Origin: Craspedostauros australis
Taxonomy: Eukaryota
Direction of reading: 5' to 3'
DNA: 52,338 nucleotides
NCBI GenBank assembly: GCA_030167865.1
Contig: JALAGF010006363.1
Span: 1 to 52,338, forward strand
The notes below the pieces were generated by a model, which was not told the origin of the DNA, made no database searches, and worked only from the letters and a program-made list of their open reading frames with translations. The translations under genes and the position numbers were made by a program. This document shows positions 1-10,083 of this stretch, one piece after another; within the stretch, counting starts at the first letter, position 1; every line of letters begins with the position of its first letter.

Positions 1-1
1 A

Positions 2-3000
2 CAGTTCATTAAGGCAGTCTCGACGAAGGAACGACCCATCTACATGTTCCTCGACGATCTGCAGTGGTCTGCCGAGGTGGGCCTTAGCCTGATTGCCCGG
101 TTGGTAGCTGATTTCGGGTTGCAAAACTTCCTTCTGCTTGGTGCCATTCGTCAGGACACCAACCCGCATACAGATGAACCACTGGATCTCACTCCAGACC
201 ACCCGCTGGCGCGGTGCCTCGTCACGCCGTTGTCGTCAGAGGAGGGTGAAGACGGCACCCACAAAGCAGGTGGTCCCGATGATGCATCCGTTGTGACTTC
301 CACCACATCAATGTCCCAAGCCAGGAAGCGCCGCCCTCCGCGAACCCTCCAGCAGATCACGATCACCAACCTCGCGCTGGATGACATGACCGCATGGCTC
401 TCAAGCATGCTGGACTGCAACGACATCGAAGATCTATCCGAGAAGCTCCACGCCAAGACAGATGGAAACGTCTTCTTCACCCTGCAAGCTCTCGAAGAGC
501 TGGAGAGAAAGGACATTCTCGCCTTCAACTCCATTTCCCAGCAATGGGAGTGGAGCCTTTCCAACCCAGGGGATGACGACGACAGCAACGCCGGTAGCGC
601 CCAACTACCCATCAGCGATAACATCATCGGCATCATCGAATCCAAGCTGCGAGACCTTCCCATGCAGCTGCAGCAGGTGTTGTCCATTGCGGCCTACATC
701 CGATCGATGTTCGACATCTCGGTGCTGCATCGGGTGCTCGAAAGCGAGCGCAAGCACGTGGATGGAGAGATCGATTCCATGGCTCGCATCTCCTCCAAGC
801 AAGAACTCTCCAGTATGCTGGACCATGCGGTTCTGGAGCGTCTAATCTCCAACCCCATCGGTGGTACCAAATACTACTTCGCGCACGATCGCATCCAGCA
901 GGCCGCACAAGGCATGATCCCAGCCGGTGAGGCTCGCGACAAGCTGCGCGTGCGGATCGGTCACTGCTTGCTGCAGATGTACCGACGTATGCAGGCTCGT
1001 CTTCAAGAGGACGAGGAAGAAGAGCATGGCAACGATGTGAATCATGGGACTGACCACGAGCCCAAGAAGCAACGCAAAAGTCACCCACAAGGCAAGGCCG
1101 CAATGCCCTCCCAGTCCACAGACTCAGTAACGTCAACCGAAACATTCACTTCGACCTTTACTACGTCAGAAGTAGATGATGGGCTGTTGTTCGTGGCTGT
1201 GGACCACTTGAACACCGTGCAGACCAAGGACCATATGTTCTCCGTCATCATGAATCTGGAGGTTGGCGAGAAGGCCACAGAGATGGCAGCGCTCGAAGCA
1301 GCCGCCGGGTACTTGCGAAAGGCGCATGAAGCGCTGCAGCGAGTGAGAACTGGCTCATCTCCCAACACCTCCCCCAAGACCAAAGGGTCTACCAGAACCC
1401 AAGTCGCTGCCAGCTCATCGATCTGGGATAGTGATGAGCACTACGACATCTGCCTGCGGGTCTATCGGGCACGCGCCGACGTCGAGTTGTCGATCGGCAA
1501 CTACGAGGTCGGCTACAAGCTCTGTGAAGAGGTGCTAGAGAGAGCCAGATCACCGGACGACAAGGCGCTAACCCACTTCTCCATGGCCAGAGCCTTGACC
1601 AGGCAGGATCGCCACAGAGACTGCATGGAGATGGAGCTGCGTCTGCTCCAATCGTTGAAAGCGTTCCCCAAGCGATGGTACTCGCTGCACACTATGATGA
1701 GCAGGACGAAGGTCAAGCACTTCCTGAAGAACAACACCAACGAAGAGATCCTCGCAAGATCATGGATGACGGATAAGAAGAAGCTCACTGCCATGACGAT
1801 TGGTGCAGACTTCAACATGTGCACCAGTGCCACAAACAACGTGGACTTGGCCACCTTGAACTATTGCAAGATGCTGTGCACATCTATCAAGCACGGCATC
1901 TGCGCAGAGACAGGAAGCGCCTTCGGTGCATATGGACTTCTACTGAGTGGCACGAAAGAGCAAGCCCTGGCCCAGCGTTGTATGAAGATCGGCGACCTGA
2001 TCCTCGAGCAGGTCGATGGAAGGCATCTGGAAGGCATGTTCCGATTGACTTCCGCGACCTACGTCAACTCGTTCAGGTCCACTTTCGAAGATGCCCTGCG
2101 GGATCACAAGAAAGGGTATCGCCGCTCGATGGAGGTTGGAGAATTTGGCATTGGTATCCTCAATTACCAAAACTGCGTCATGCACGGACTTATGTATGGG
2201 CTGGAATTGAAGTCGTTGCACAAGGCAAACGAGGAAGCGCTTGACCAGCTGGACACTTACAAACTCAGGGCCTACGAGGGACTGTCAGACAACTATCGAG
2301 TCATGTTCAGGGTGATGTTGAAAGAAGATCCAATCGATTGGGACGAAATCGAAGCTTTATCCCGTCGCGATCCCACCGTTGAGAAGTTCGACCCTTCCAA
2401 TGCACTCAAGGACTGTACGATGTTCTACAGTCGAGGGTATTTGGCGCTCTTCCATCGGCGTTATGCAATGGCAGACCCTTTGTTCTCCAACTTCGTCTTC
2501 CTCGCCACGGGCGACCCATCAGCATTAGCTGCTCTCGCTGACACTTACATCGTGGGCGTCATCAATGCGGAACGATACAGGGAGACAGGGAATCAGCAAC
2601 ACTTAACAATCTTGCGCAAGAAAACCAAGAAACTGAAGAAGATGACCAAAGCCAGAGGACAAGCATGGATCCATCTAGTGCTCATCCTCGAAGCGGAGGA
2701 CCTCGCTGTCACCATGAAGAACAAACGGCACTCCAAGATTCAGGATGCCTACAACATCGCGATCCTCGCTGCAATCCGAGCTGGCTGTATCCACGATGCT
2801 GCCATGGTCAACGAGCTGGCAGGAGAGCACTACCTCCAGTGTGGTTCCGAGGACATGGCTGGCGACTACTTCGTGCACGCCGTCGACTACTACAAGGCGT
2901 GGGGTTGCAAGATCAAGGTGGACGACGTCATGCAGCGTCGCAAGAAGTTCCTCAAGAATGTCAACGACCCGAACCGCAAACGTCCAGAGGGTCTCACCGA

Positions 3001-3217
3001 CGACGGCAAAGGCAACTACCTCTTTGGAATCACCCGCGACACCTTCACCGGAGCGATCACCACAAGAGGCACAGGGATCGAAGCCTTCATCGATGCGAAA
3101 GACGGCCCTGAGGAAGGTGCCGGAGTGCTCGTCTTCGGATCGGAGCTCGGAGATGGCGTGGAGGGATCTGTGGGCCTCGATGAGGATGAGCTCTCCATCC
3201 TCACGGACATTGCATAA
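2..3217 (+). CDS. STAND-like (AAA_16/COG3899-type) ATPase with winged-helix and TPR-like helical region, copy 1; 5'-truncated by the window
   Basis: Frame is open from base 2 (QFIKAVSTKERPIYM...). Walker B MFLDDLQW, KTDGNVFF and YYFAHDRIQQAA motifs, and C-terminal A..NELAGEHY...A...Y..WG...KV motif. Colinear paralogue of 4471..8478. Confidence 0.85.
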   Translation, partial: QFIKAVSTKERPIYMFLDDLQWSAEVGLSLIARLVADFGLQNFLLLGAIRQDTNPHTDEPLDLTPDHPLARCLVTPLSSEEGEDGTHKAGGPDDASVVTSTTSMSQARKRRPPRTLQQITITNLALDDMTAWLSSMLDCNDIEDLSEKLHAKTDGNVFFTLQALEELERKDILAFNSISQQWEWSLSNPGDDDDSNAGSAQLPISDNIIGIIESKLRDLPMQLQQVLSIAAYIRSMFDISVLHRVLESERKHVDGEIDSMARISSKQELSSMLDHAVLERLISNPIGGTKYYFAHDRIQQAAQGMIPAGEARDKLRVRIGHCLLQMYRRMQARLQEDEEEEHGNDVNHGTDHEPKKQRKSHPQGKAAMPSQSTDSVTSTETFTSTFTTSEVDDGLLFVAVDHLNTVQTKDHMFSVIMNLEVGEKATEMAALEAAAGYLRKAHEALQRVRTGSSPNTSPKTKGSTRTQVAASSSIWDSDEHYDICLRVYRARADVELSIGNYEVGYKLCEEVLERARSPDDKALTHFSMARALTRQDRHRDCMEMELRLLQSLKAFPKRWYSLHTMMSRTKVKHFLKNNTNEEILARSWMTDKKKLTAMTIGADFNMCTSATNNVDLATLNYCKMLCTSIKHGICAETGSAFGAYGLLLSGTKEQALAQRCMKIGDLILEQVDGRHLEGMFRLTSATYVNSFRSTFEDALRDHKKGYRRSMEVGEFGIGILNYQNCVMHGLMYGLELKSLHKANEEALDQLDTYKLRAYEGLSDNYRVMFRVMLKEDPIDWDEIEALSRRDPTVEKFDPSNALKDCTMFYSRGYLALFHRRYAMADPLFSNFVFLATGDPSALAALADTYIVGVINAERYRETGNQQHLTILRKKTKKLKKMTKARGQAWIHLVLILEAEDLAVTMKNKRHSKIQDAYNIAILAAIRAGCIHDAAMVNELAGEHYLQCGSEDMAGDYFVHAVDYYKAWGCKIKVDDVMQRRKKFLKNVNDPNRKRPEGLTDDGKGNYLFGITRDTFTGAITTRGTGIEAFIDAKDGPEEGAGVLVFGSELGDGVEGSVGLDEDELSILTDIA

Positions 3218-4288
3218 GGGATATGTGTGAGCATTCGGTGGAAGTGATCTGTCTTCCTTGCTCTTGTGGCAGATTGAGGAATCAGCACACAGAATAGTAG
3301 AACGATGGCCAACGGTAATTGGTAATAGGCAACATTAATAGTAATAATAATAGTAATGGTCATGACAGCAGTTGCAACACGAGTAAACCAAACCATCGTG
3401 GTCGGAGGCCGCCAACACCTGCCCTGCGGCTCCTTTTGTCGCCTTCGAACCATGCAACAAGCCTCTCCGCTGAAGCAGAGCAGAGCATGCAATTGACTCG
3501 CATGTACCCGTGGGTGGCTCCTCCGAGTTGCGTGCAAACCGATGAACCGGATGATGCGCCATGGTGCTTTTCACAACATGTGGCTTGCGGATGGTCGTTG
3601 ATGACGTTGGGTATGCAAGACAACACGAAGAACACGTTGGGTGTCGTCAATTTTTTGATTGGAGTGTCCTTGATGTTGTTGATCGCACGCATCTTCTAGT
3701 GTGTCCGTTTGTGATGTACTTCAAAAGAACATAATCATCCTCATATTTTACAAATTATTGTAATTTACCGCAACTTTGTATATTACGATTAGATCTTGCA
3801 TTCAGTCGATTGCTTTTGATTCATGAGTGACGCCACGATACAGGATTGGTTTCAGCAAGGTGAGCGACGAAGAAAAGTGTCACGCTCATTCTTCCACGGT
3901 GGTGGTGGCATCTGGCTCGTCGTCGCACGAGTTGTGGGTTGGGAAAGTTTGTCCTTTTGTGTCGCTGAGGTTAAAGCGGTGTTGCCCAAGACACAAGTCA
4001 TTCATTCGCTGCGAATCCGGGTAGGAAATGGCCGCGCAGAGGCAGAGGGGCACTTGGTCACGAGATGCCATCCTTGCCGCAGAGCTATGTGGTCTTGACT
4101 TCGGTGTCTCTGGGTCTGAAGTTCGGCACGAAGGTGTGGGACTCTCTCTCTTCCTCTTGGGTGGTTGCCGTGTGCAAACCACTCGCAGCCGTCCGTTCTC
4201 GTCCAGCACATACTACTACAAATGGGTAGATGAACGCGTCGCTGTGCAAATCAATCGGCAACAAGGATTATTCATCCCAATCTCTCCC

Positions 4289-4304
4289 TCTCTCTCTCTC
4301 TCTC
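4289..4304. repeat. (CT)n microsatellite
   Basis: Run of ctctct... upstream of the 4471 start. Confidence 0.8.
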
Positions 4305-4470
4305 TTCTGCTCCGGAGGCCGTGCCCCCCAAAGCACAATCTGGCGCCAAGAGCAACGATGGAGCATCATCTTGTTCTCCTCTGTGAACACCCCATCGCCC
4401 ATCGCCCAGCTCTAGCACGCTCATACCAATACATACGTGCAGCTCATATGTGATATAGTCGTAATACATC

Positions 4471-7400
4471 ATGGAATCGCATCATGCATCAAATCCATCT
4501 GGTTCACCAAGCGGCGTTGCTCCCTGGAGGCAAACGCCGCGCTTTCTTGGCAGAGAGGCAGAGCTCGAGCAGCTCAAGGCCTTCAAGGACAAGGTGATAG
4601 GTGCGCACCAGAAGTGTGCTCCTCCCTCAGAGGAACCATTGAATGAGGAGGGCAAGGCAACGCCGTCGCCACTCAAACCCAAACCATCGCCAACCAAAAT
4701 CCTCGATGTGTATCCAGCCATGCTGATTTGGGGTGCCAGCGGCACAGGAAAGTCTGCCCTTGCCGATCACTTCTTGGAGACATGCTGCATCTGCAACACT
4801 GACATCGACCAGAAGCAGCAGCAGCAGCATAGCAATGATCAAGCAGCGACAGCCACAGCTTGCTCCTGCTGCTACGTCCTTCGCGGAAAGTATGACGAAT
4901 ACACGGGTCAGAGCGATCCATTCTCAGCCATCGTGCAGGCCATTCAGGACTTCACAGGCCAGCTTCAGCGCGGATCCAAGGAAGAACTCGATCGGATCCG
5001 CGAATGTGTCAGAGTGACCTTTCCCACTGGCGGGCTTCGTCCGTTGGTAAACGTGGCACCGTCGCTTTCCGTTCTCTCACCCACGGCATTGCGAGGAGAT
5101 GACTCCGTCATGAGCCACTCCGCCAGCCATCGCAGCGACGATTGCAGCGCAAGCCTGAACAGCAGCCAGGCCCAACGCAACGACGGGTCCTCTTTGCCAG
5201 CATCGAGTGCAGTGCTCACGGAGAAGACCTGGAATCAGCTCAAGTATATTTTTGCTCAATTCATCAAGGCGGTCTCGACGAAGGAACGACCCATCTACAT
5301 GTTCCTTGACGATCTGCAATGGTCCGCCAACGTCGGGCTGGACCTGATCGCTCACATGGTGGCAGATCCGGGGCTCAAACACTTCCTCCTGCTGGGCGCC
5401 ATCCGCCAGACCACGAATGCGCACGACGACCAACCGCCAGAACTCGCCCCAGACCATCCCCTATCGCGCTGCCTCGCCAAGCCATTGTCACCAGACGAGG
5501 ACGATGATGACTATCACGACACGGCAGCTGGCGGTGATGCTGATGAGGGATCAATCAGAAGTGCGTCCACGGCAAGATCTCAGGCCAAGAAACGTCGTCA
5601 TCTACGAAGTCTCCATCAGATCACGATCAACAACCTCACACTCGCCGAGATGACCGCGTGGCTGTCGATCATGCTGGACTGTGGAGATATTGGCATCCTG
5701 TCCGAGAAGCTCCATGCCAAGACTGACGGCAACATATATTTTGCGTTGCAAGCACTCGAAGAGCTCGAAAGAAAGCAGATCCTTGGCTTCAGTCCTATTT
5801 CTCAACAATGGAAATGGAACCTCTTGAACACAGAAAGTGATGAAAGCAGCAATGCCAGCAGCGCTCAGTTACCCATCAGCGACAACATTATCGGCATCAT
5901 CGAATCCAAGCTACGGGACCTCCCAATGCAGCTGCAGCAGGTGCTGTCCATCGCAGCGTACATCCGATCGGTGTTCGACATCTCGGTGCTGCACCGGGTG
6001 CTCCGGAATGAGTGCAAGCACGTGGATGGTGCCATTAATACCATGGATGGCATATCGACAACGCAAGAGCTTTCGGTCATTCTGGAGCAGGCAGTTCTGC
6101 AGCGTCTCATCTCCAACCCCATCGGTGGCACCAAGTACCACTTCGCGCACGATCGCATCCAACAGGCGGCGCACGGTATGATCCTAGCTGGCGAGGGTTG
6201 TGACAAGCTGCGCTTGCGGATCGGTCGCTGCTTGCTGAAGATGCACCGATGCATGCAGCTTCACCTTCAACAGGAAGGAGAGAATGATGGTGCCGATCCT
6301 TCCAGCACACACCATTGCAACGAAAAGAGTAGAGCCTACACACGAGACAAGACCACAATGTCTTTCCAGTCCGCAGATTCCTCATCATCCAGCGAAATGT
6401 TCAGTTCACCTTCCTCCATTGCGGGTGTTGACGATGGTCTCTTGTTCGTGGCTGCGGACCACTTGAACAGCGTGCAGACCAAGGATCACATGTTCTCAGT
6501 CACCATGAACCTGGAGGTCGGTGAGAAGGCGTTGGAGATGGCAGCTCTGGAAGCGGCCGTCGGATACCTCCGAAAGGCGCATAGTGCGCTGCAGCTTGTG
6601 AAAATCGTTCCACCCCCCAAGACCTCTCTCAAGACTACCAGATCTGCTGGAAGCCAAACTGCAGCGAGCTCATCGCTCTGGGATAGCGACGAGCACTATG
6701 ACGTCTGCTTGCAGGTCTACAGCAAGCGTGCTGACGTCGAGCTGTCCCTGGGCAACTATGAGGTTGGGTACAAGCTCTGCGATGAAGTGCTGGAGACAGC
6801 AAGGTCTTTGGAAGACAAGATGCCAACGTACTTCTCCATGGCCAGAGCGCTGGCGCGGGAGAACCGCCACGCGGAAACCTTGGCTGTGGAGATGCGTCTG
6901 CTCCGATCGTTGAAAGTGTTCCCCAAGCGATGGTACGTGCTCCACATCGCCAAAGCCATGATGAAGATCCGGCGCTTCCTCAAGAACAACACGAACGAAG
7001 AGATCCTCGCACGGCCGTGGATGACGGATCCGAAGAAGACCTTCGCGATGAAGATATGCAGCGACATGTCGATATGTACCAAGGCCGTAAGCGATCTGCT
7101 CCTGGTGGTCCTCAACCTCTGCGTGATGCTGACCAAGACCATCAAGTATGGCATCTGCGCTGAATCGGCAAATGCCTTGATCACATACAGCCTGGTGGTC
7201 GGCGGTATGGGAGATCAAGCCATGGCCGAACGTTGCATGGATCTCGGCCATCACATCCTCGAAAGACTGGATGCGAAGACGCTGCAAGGTCACTTTCGGT
7301 TCATCGCAGGCACTTACGTCATTCCATACACCCTTCCCTACCCTGAAGTTCTGCGGCAGCACAGGAAGGGCTATCTGGATTCGATGGAGGTCGGAGAGTT

Positions 7401-8478
7401 CGATATTGGGATTCTCAACTACCAAGGTGCTATCCAGATGGGATACTTCTATGGCATGGAGCTGGGTCCGCTGGCCAAGGCAAACAACAAAGTCCTTGAC
7501 ATGTTGGAGAGCTACAAAATCAATGCCTTCCGTGGCATGGCGGACAACTTTCAGTTCTTGTTCGCCTCCTTCATGGGAGAGGAGCAGATCGATTGGGCTG
7601 AGATTGAAACGTTGTCCCGCCGCAACGTCAGCACCGAGAATTTGGATCCGTCGGAGTGCCTTCACAACTGTATACTGTTTTCCACTCGGGCGTACCTCTC
7701 CTTGTATCATCGTCGATACAGAATCGCGAACCGGCTAATGGCCAACTTTCTCGTGGTCTGCTCGGGAGAACCGGCACTGCAGGTCAAGATGGGAGAGGCA
7801 TTCTTGATGGGGCTGACAAATGCACAGAAATACAGGGACACCGGAAATCGGCGGTACTTGGCAGCCATGCGCAAGCTGATAAAGAATGCCCACCAGCTGT
7901 TGAAGGCCAGAGGCCGGGTCTGGATCCACCTGTTGTTCATACTGGAGGCCGAAGAGCTCGCGATCAGCACGAAGAACAAACGGGATCCCAAGATCAAGCA
8001 TGCATACAACCTTGCGATCCTCGCGTCGATAAAAAATGGACGGCTCCACCACGGTGCCCTTGCCAACGAGCTGGCGGGTGAGCACTTCCTCGAGCATGGC
8101 TTCAAGGACATGGTCGGAGACTACTTCCTGCATGCCGTCGACTACTACATGGCGTGGGGCGGTAAGAGCAAGGTTGACGACCTCGTGCAGCGCCACAAGA
8201 AGTACCTGAAGACCCTGAACGATCCGAACCGCAAGCGTCCGGAAGGCCTCACCAATGACGGCAATGGCAACTACCTCTTCGGGATCACTCGGGACGCCTT
8301 CACCGGAGCCATCATCACCAGATGCGCGGAACTCGATGCCTTTGCCGATCGCTCGAAACTCAGCGCCGGTGATGGATCTCTGAACGTGCTAGTGCACGGG
8401 TTGGGGATGGGAGACGGCGTAGATGATCCCGCGGATGTCGATGGAGATGACGTGTCCGTTCTGACCGGCATGATGTAA
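4471..8478 (+). CDS. STAND-like (AAA_16/COG3899-type) ATPase with winged-helix and TPR-like helical region, copy 2 (1335 aa, no kinase, GAF or HisKA module seen)
   Basis: FLGREAELEQL, Walker A IWGASGTGKSAL, GKYDEY...PFSAI, Walker B MFLDDLQW, KTDGNIYF, FAHDRIQQAA. Single intron-free ORF. Confidence 0.88.
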   Translation: MESHHASNPSGSPSGVAPWRQTPRFLGREAELEQLKAFKDKVIGAHQKCAPPSEEPLNEEGKATPSPLKPKPSPTKILDVYPAMLIWGASGTGKSALADHFLETCCICNTDIDQKQQQQHSNDQAATATACSCCYVLRGKYDEYTGQSDPFSAIVQAIQDFTGQLQRGSKEELDRIRECVRVTFPTGGLRPLVNVAPSLSVLSPTALRGDDSVMSHSASHRSDDCSASLNSSQAQRNDGSSLPASSAVLTEKTWNQLKYIFAQFIKAVSTKERPIYMFLDDLQWSANVGLDLIAHMVADPGLKHFLLLGAIRQTTNAHDDQPPELAPDHPLSRCLAKPLSPDEDDDDYHDTAAGGDADEGSIRSASTARSQAKKRRHLRSLHQITINNLTLAEMTAWLSIMLDCGDIGILSEKLHAKTDGNIYFALQALEELERKQILGFSPISQQWKWNLLNTESDESSNASSAQLPISDNIIGIIESKLRDLPMQLQQVLSIAAYIRSVFDISVLHRVLRNECKHVDGAINTMDGISTTQELSVILEQAVLQRLISNPIGGTKYHFAHDRIQQAAHGMILAGEGCDKLRLRIGRCLLKMHRCMQLHLQQEGENDGADPSSTHHCNEKSRAYTRDKTTMSFQSADSSSSSEMFSSPSSIAGVDDGLLFVAADHLNSVQTKDHMFSVTMNLEVGEKALEMAALEAAVGYLRKAHSALQLVKIVPPPKTSLKTTRSAGSQTAASSSLWDSDEHYDVCLQVYSKRADVELSLGNYEVGYKLCDEVLETARSLEDKMPTYFSMARALARENRHAETLAVEMRLLRSLKVFPKRWYVLHIAKAMMKIRRFLKNNTNEEILARPWMTDPKKTFAMKICSDMSICTKAVSDLLLVVLNLCVMLTKTIKYGICAESANALITYSLVVGGMGDQAMAERCMDLGHHILERLDAKTLQGHFRFIAGTYVIPYTLPYPEVLRQHRKGYLDSMEVGEFDIGILNYQGAIQMGYFYGMELGPLAKANNKVLDMLESYKINAFRGMADNFQFLFASFMGEEQIDWAEIETLSRRNVSTENLDPSECLHNCILFSTRAYLSLYHRRYRIANRLMANFLVVCSGEPALQVKMGEAFLMGLTNAQKYRDTGNRRYLAAMRKLIKNAHQLLKARGRVWIHLLFILEAEELAISTKNKRDPKIKHAYNLAILASIKNGRLHHGALANELAGEHFLEHGFKDMVGDYFLHAVDYYMAWGGKSKVDDLVQRHKKYLKTLNDPNRKRPEGLTNDGNGNYLFGITRDAFTGAIITRCAELDAFADRSKLSAGDGSLNVLVHGLGMGDGVDDPADVDGDDVSVLTGMM

Positions 8479-9030
8479 AAGCGCACGCGAGACGCATAAG
8501 TTGGACTCGAATGGATGATTTGACGGACTCGCACAAGTCGATGCCGTACGACCATGGCACCATCACATTTGGGATGGAGACTGCCGACAGTGCGCTTGCC
8601 TCTTTCGACAATTTTATTACAGTAGAGTAAGTTGGAAGAGTGCATATATAATACAATAGATACGAGTATAATGATACGCAGTGTTTGAAGCGTGATTGTG
8701 TCGGTCTGTAGGTAGGTACATGGTGGTTCTGTTGGGGGTGGGCGCAGTAGCGCAACCAGTCCCTCCCGTCAATCCGTCTCTCTCTTTCTCTCTGGTCTGA
8801 TGATAAGTCTAATGTCGTCTGGCCTTCGTTCTTACTCGTAGTGTTCGCCCATCTCGATCTTGAACTTGTTGTTCGCGCCACGTAATTTTCCAAGCATGCC
8901 GAATCTTTTTGTGTCCCAACACAACACAAACTCACCGTCAGCATTCACGTGAGCATCCTCTTTCTCATTAATACCACAGAGCACAGCAGCACAACTCCGA
9001 TTGCGTCCATAGCACTACTCTACATCAACC

Positions 9031-9786
9031 ATGACGAGGACAAGGACAAGCAGCCTGTCGCTGGCGCTGTTGTGCGGTGGCTCGCTGCTGCAAGAAGCCA
9101 CATCCTTCGCATGCGGGACCGCCGGCGCGTCTTCCACCACGCAACGTGCCAACGCCGTGCAATTGCAGGCCACCAAGCAGGCGACCTTCGGAATGGGATG
9201 CTTCTGGGAACCATCGGAGGAGCTCCTGAAGGTCGATGGCGTGCTGGAAACGGTCGCGGGATACACCGGCAATCCCGATGCAACATCCGCGCCATCCTAT
9301 CAGAATGTGTGCTACGGACGCCAGTGGGTGGAGGGCGTGCGAGTCGTCTACGACGATGACAAGCTCAGCTTCGAGGATCTGCTGCAGGAGTTCTTTCGCA
9401 CGCAAAAGCCGGAGATCGGATCGCGGCAGTACGCCTCCGTCATCTTCCCTCACGATGATGATCAGGAGTCGTCCGCACGCGCGTGGATCCAGCAGAACAA
9501 GGACCTCTCCCGACCGGATGGATGGACTCCGCAGATGACGTCGGTGGAGCAGCGCACGCGCTTTTTCCAGGCCGAGGGGTATCACCAGCGATTCTGGCAG
9601 AAGCAGCGTCCGCGGTTCCTCGCCATCATCGGGTTGCTTGCGATTGCGACGGGTATTCTGGATCCCATCGTCCCAGAACAGTATCAATCGACTGTGGCGG
9701 CGGCCGGAAACAATGCTAGCCTGGTCGCCCTGCTGGCTATGCTTGCGGAGCGCAAGTTGGATGCGAAGGTGGTCGAGCTGGAGTAG
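9031..9786 (+). CDS. msrA: Peptide methionine sulfoxide reductase A-like, probably plastid-targeted, with hydrophobic C-terminal extension
   Basis: Catalytic FGMGCFW motif, VAGYTG, PSYQNVC, RQYASVIF, FFQAEGYHQ. N-terminal signal peptide ending ...EATS|FAC resembles a diatom ASAF-type presequence. Confidence 0.88.
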   Translation: MTRTRTSSLSLALLCGGSLLQEATSFACGTAGASSTTQRANAVQLQATKQATFGMGCFWEPSEELLKVDGVLETVAGYTGNPDATSAPSYQNVCYGRQWVEGVRVVYDDDKLSFEDLLQEFFRTQKPEIGSRQYASVIFPHDDDQESSARAWIQQNKDLSRPDGWTPQMTSVEQRTRFFQAEGYHQRFWQKQRPRFLAIIGLLAIATGILDPIVPEQYQSTVAAAGNNASLVALLAMLAERKLDAKVVELE

Positions 9787-10083
9787 AGTAGGGCAGAACA
9801 CTCGTCGAACGATTGCACTCCTGCGGCACCAGAGTGTAGAATTTTCTGCAAGTGCGCAAAGTGCTGACTCAAGAAGGCTGTGAGCATCCAACTACGAGTA
9901 TGACATCAACCATGGTGGACTTCGAGTAGAATACTGCTAGAGAGAGACAGCATTACATATCTGTCCGATGCTGTATTCTTCCTCCTCTTCTTCTTCTTCT
10001 TGGCTTGTGGAATGTGAGCACCATCCTTATTGTGAACTACTCCAATATCCGCGAGCGATTCACGCACCTGCGCCAGCAGCAAA

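Noticed and set aside
6670..7710. 346-aa minus-strand ORF, and similar ones at 43191..44321 and 38048..38872
   Set aside because: Antisense to well-supported long CDSs; no independent coding signal.
9031..9900. Possible selenocysteine form of MsrA
   Set aside because: Catalytic codon is TGC and there is no in-frame TGA.
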